Origin: SAR86 cluster bacterium
Lineage (GTDB): Bacteria; Pseudomonadota; Gammaproteobacteria; Magnimaribacterales; AG-339-G14
Direction of reading: 5' to 3'
DNA: 64,000 bases
Assembly: GCA_028140145.1 (NCBI GenBank)
Contig: JAOIOC010000003.1
Span: 24,842 to 88,841 of the forward strand
Position 1 is the stretch's first letter. The number at the start of each line of letters is the position of its first letter. Below the pieces are notes generated by a model, which saw only the letters and a program-made list of their open reading frames with translations, searched no databases and was not told the DNA's origin. Of this stretch, positions 63,303 to 64,000 are shown in pieces. The translations under genes were made by a program, and so were the position numbers.

Positions 63303-63725
63303 ATGATTAAAACTCAATTAACAACGGACAAATTTGCAATGACCATATCATTTGCCTGTGTTGTGCACTGCTTTTTTGTTCCTTCTTTCATAATCCTATC
63401 TTCGGGCGTTCTTCCTTTTGCCTTGGATAATGAAGTAGTTCATAAATTAATAGTTTTAATTGCCGTGCCAGTAAGCATTTTTTCTTTGTATTTAGGATAT
63501 AAGAATCACAAAACCTTCTCTTTCATTCCTGTAGGAATCTTTGGGCTTGCGCTTCTCATAACTGCAGTTATTCTTGGTGAAAGCATTTTGGGGGAATTTG
63601 GTGAAAAAGGGTTAACATTATTGGGCTCAATTTTCGTGGCCTTTGCTCATTTCAGAAATCATCAAATTTGTAAGCAGCTAGATTGTGATTGCCACGAAAA
63701 CGACAGGCTTACTTCTGATTCTTAA
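63303..63725 (+). CDS. MerC-domain membrane protein
   Basis: DK...S.ACVVHC, E.VH, GY..H, E..LTL.G, AH..N; Cys/His-rich tail. Confidence 0.82.
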   Translation: MIKTQLTTDKFAMTISFACVVHCFFVPSFIILSSGVLPFALDNEVVHKLIVLIAVPVSIFSLYLGYKNHKTFSFIPVGIFGLALLITAVILGESILGEFGEKGLTLLGSIFVAFAHFRNHQICKQLDCDCHENDRLTSDS

Positions 63726-63811
63726 TTCTCGTCAGTTTCAACTTTTCACTCAGTTTAATTTTCACAGACTATAATCAATGAGCAATAATGCTTATTGTCT
63801 TTACTTTCGAT

Positions 63812-64000
63812 ATGAGCAAGGAAATAAAAGATCAGGTTGAAGAGCTTCTCGATAACTGGATGGAGGCTTTCAATAACAAAGATATGAAGGGTTGGTCCAA
63901 TACTCATAATTTTCCTCATGTAAGAATTGCAGGAGGACAAGTTTCGCTATGGGAAACAAAAGATGACTACATAAGTCATTTCAGTGAACCTGATATGTTT
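63812..64000 (+). CDS. SnoaL/NTF2-like protein, partial (runs off the window end)
   Basis: Translated by hand: MSKEIKDQVEELLDNWMEAFNNKDMKGWSNTHNFPHVRIAGGQV...; open to the window end. Confidence 0.7.
   Translation, partial: MSKEIKDQVEELLDNWMEAFNNKDMKGWSNTHNFPHVRIAGGQVSLWETKDDYISHFSEPDMF

Noticed and set aside
63755-63940. 61-aa minus-strand ORF
   Set aside because: Shadow of the plus-strand NTF2-like ORF starting at 63812
58781-64000. Tn7-like transposon downstream of glmS
   Set aside because: No tnsABCD genes, no TGT...ACA ends with TnsB repeats and no target duplication seen in the window

Overview
AT-rich (roughly 35% GC by eye), very compact chromosome segment of a marine gammaproteobacterium; gene content and style suggest the SAR86 clade, but this is inference. 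The window spans the replication-origin region: gyrB-recF-dnaN-dnaA / rpmH-rnpA-yidD-yidC-mnmE-[oriC-like]-mnmG-rsmG-parA-parB-atpBEFHAGDC-glmU-glmS. It also holds a caa3-type cytochrome c oxidase cluster, aroE-tsaC-purE / def-fmt-trkA-trkH, lpxL-like / GlyRS-gmhB-plsC, pckA-gshA, an esterase/hydrolase cluster and three accessory islets (about 9.8-13.6 kb, 31.8-35.0 kb and after glmS). Main points: (1) three tandem ~500-bp cassettes, each with its own -10 element, strong SD, a diverged 3-TM 'WVAFR' membrane protein I cannot assign to a family, and its own terminator; (2) a homodimeric (alpha2) glycyl-tRNA synthetase in the slot where gammaproteobacteria normally have glyQ-glyS; (3) a Bacillus-like DnaA-box/GC/trio/AT-rich unwinding module before mnmG, ~4 kb from a DnaA-box cluster at dnaA; (4) a parS site inside recF; (5) a post-glmS islet with a GIY-YIG-like nuclease, a codon-atypical 2OG-Fe(II) oxygenase and an iota-class (COG4337-like) carbonic anhydrase. 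I found no rRNA, tRNA, CRISPR or transposase. All calls come from reading motifs by eye; no searches were run.
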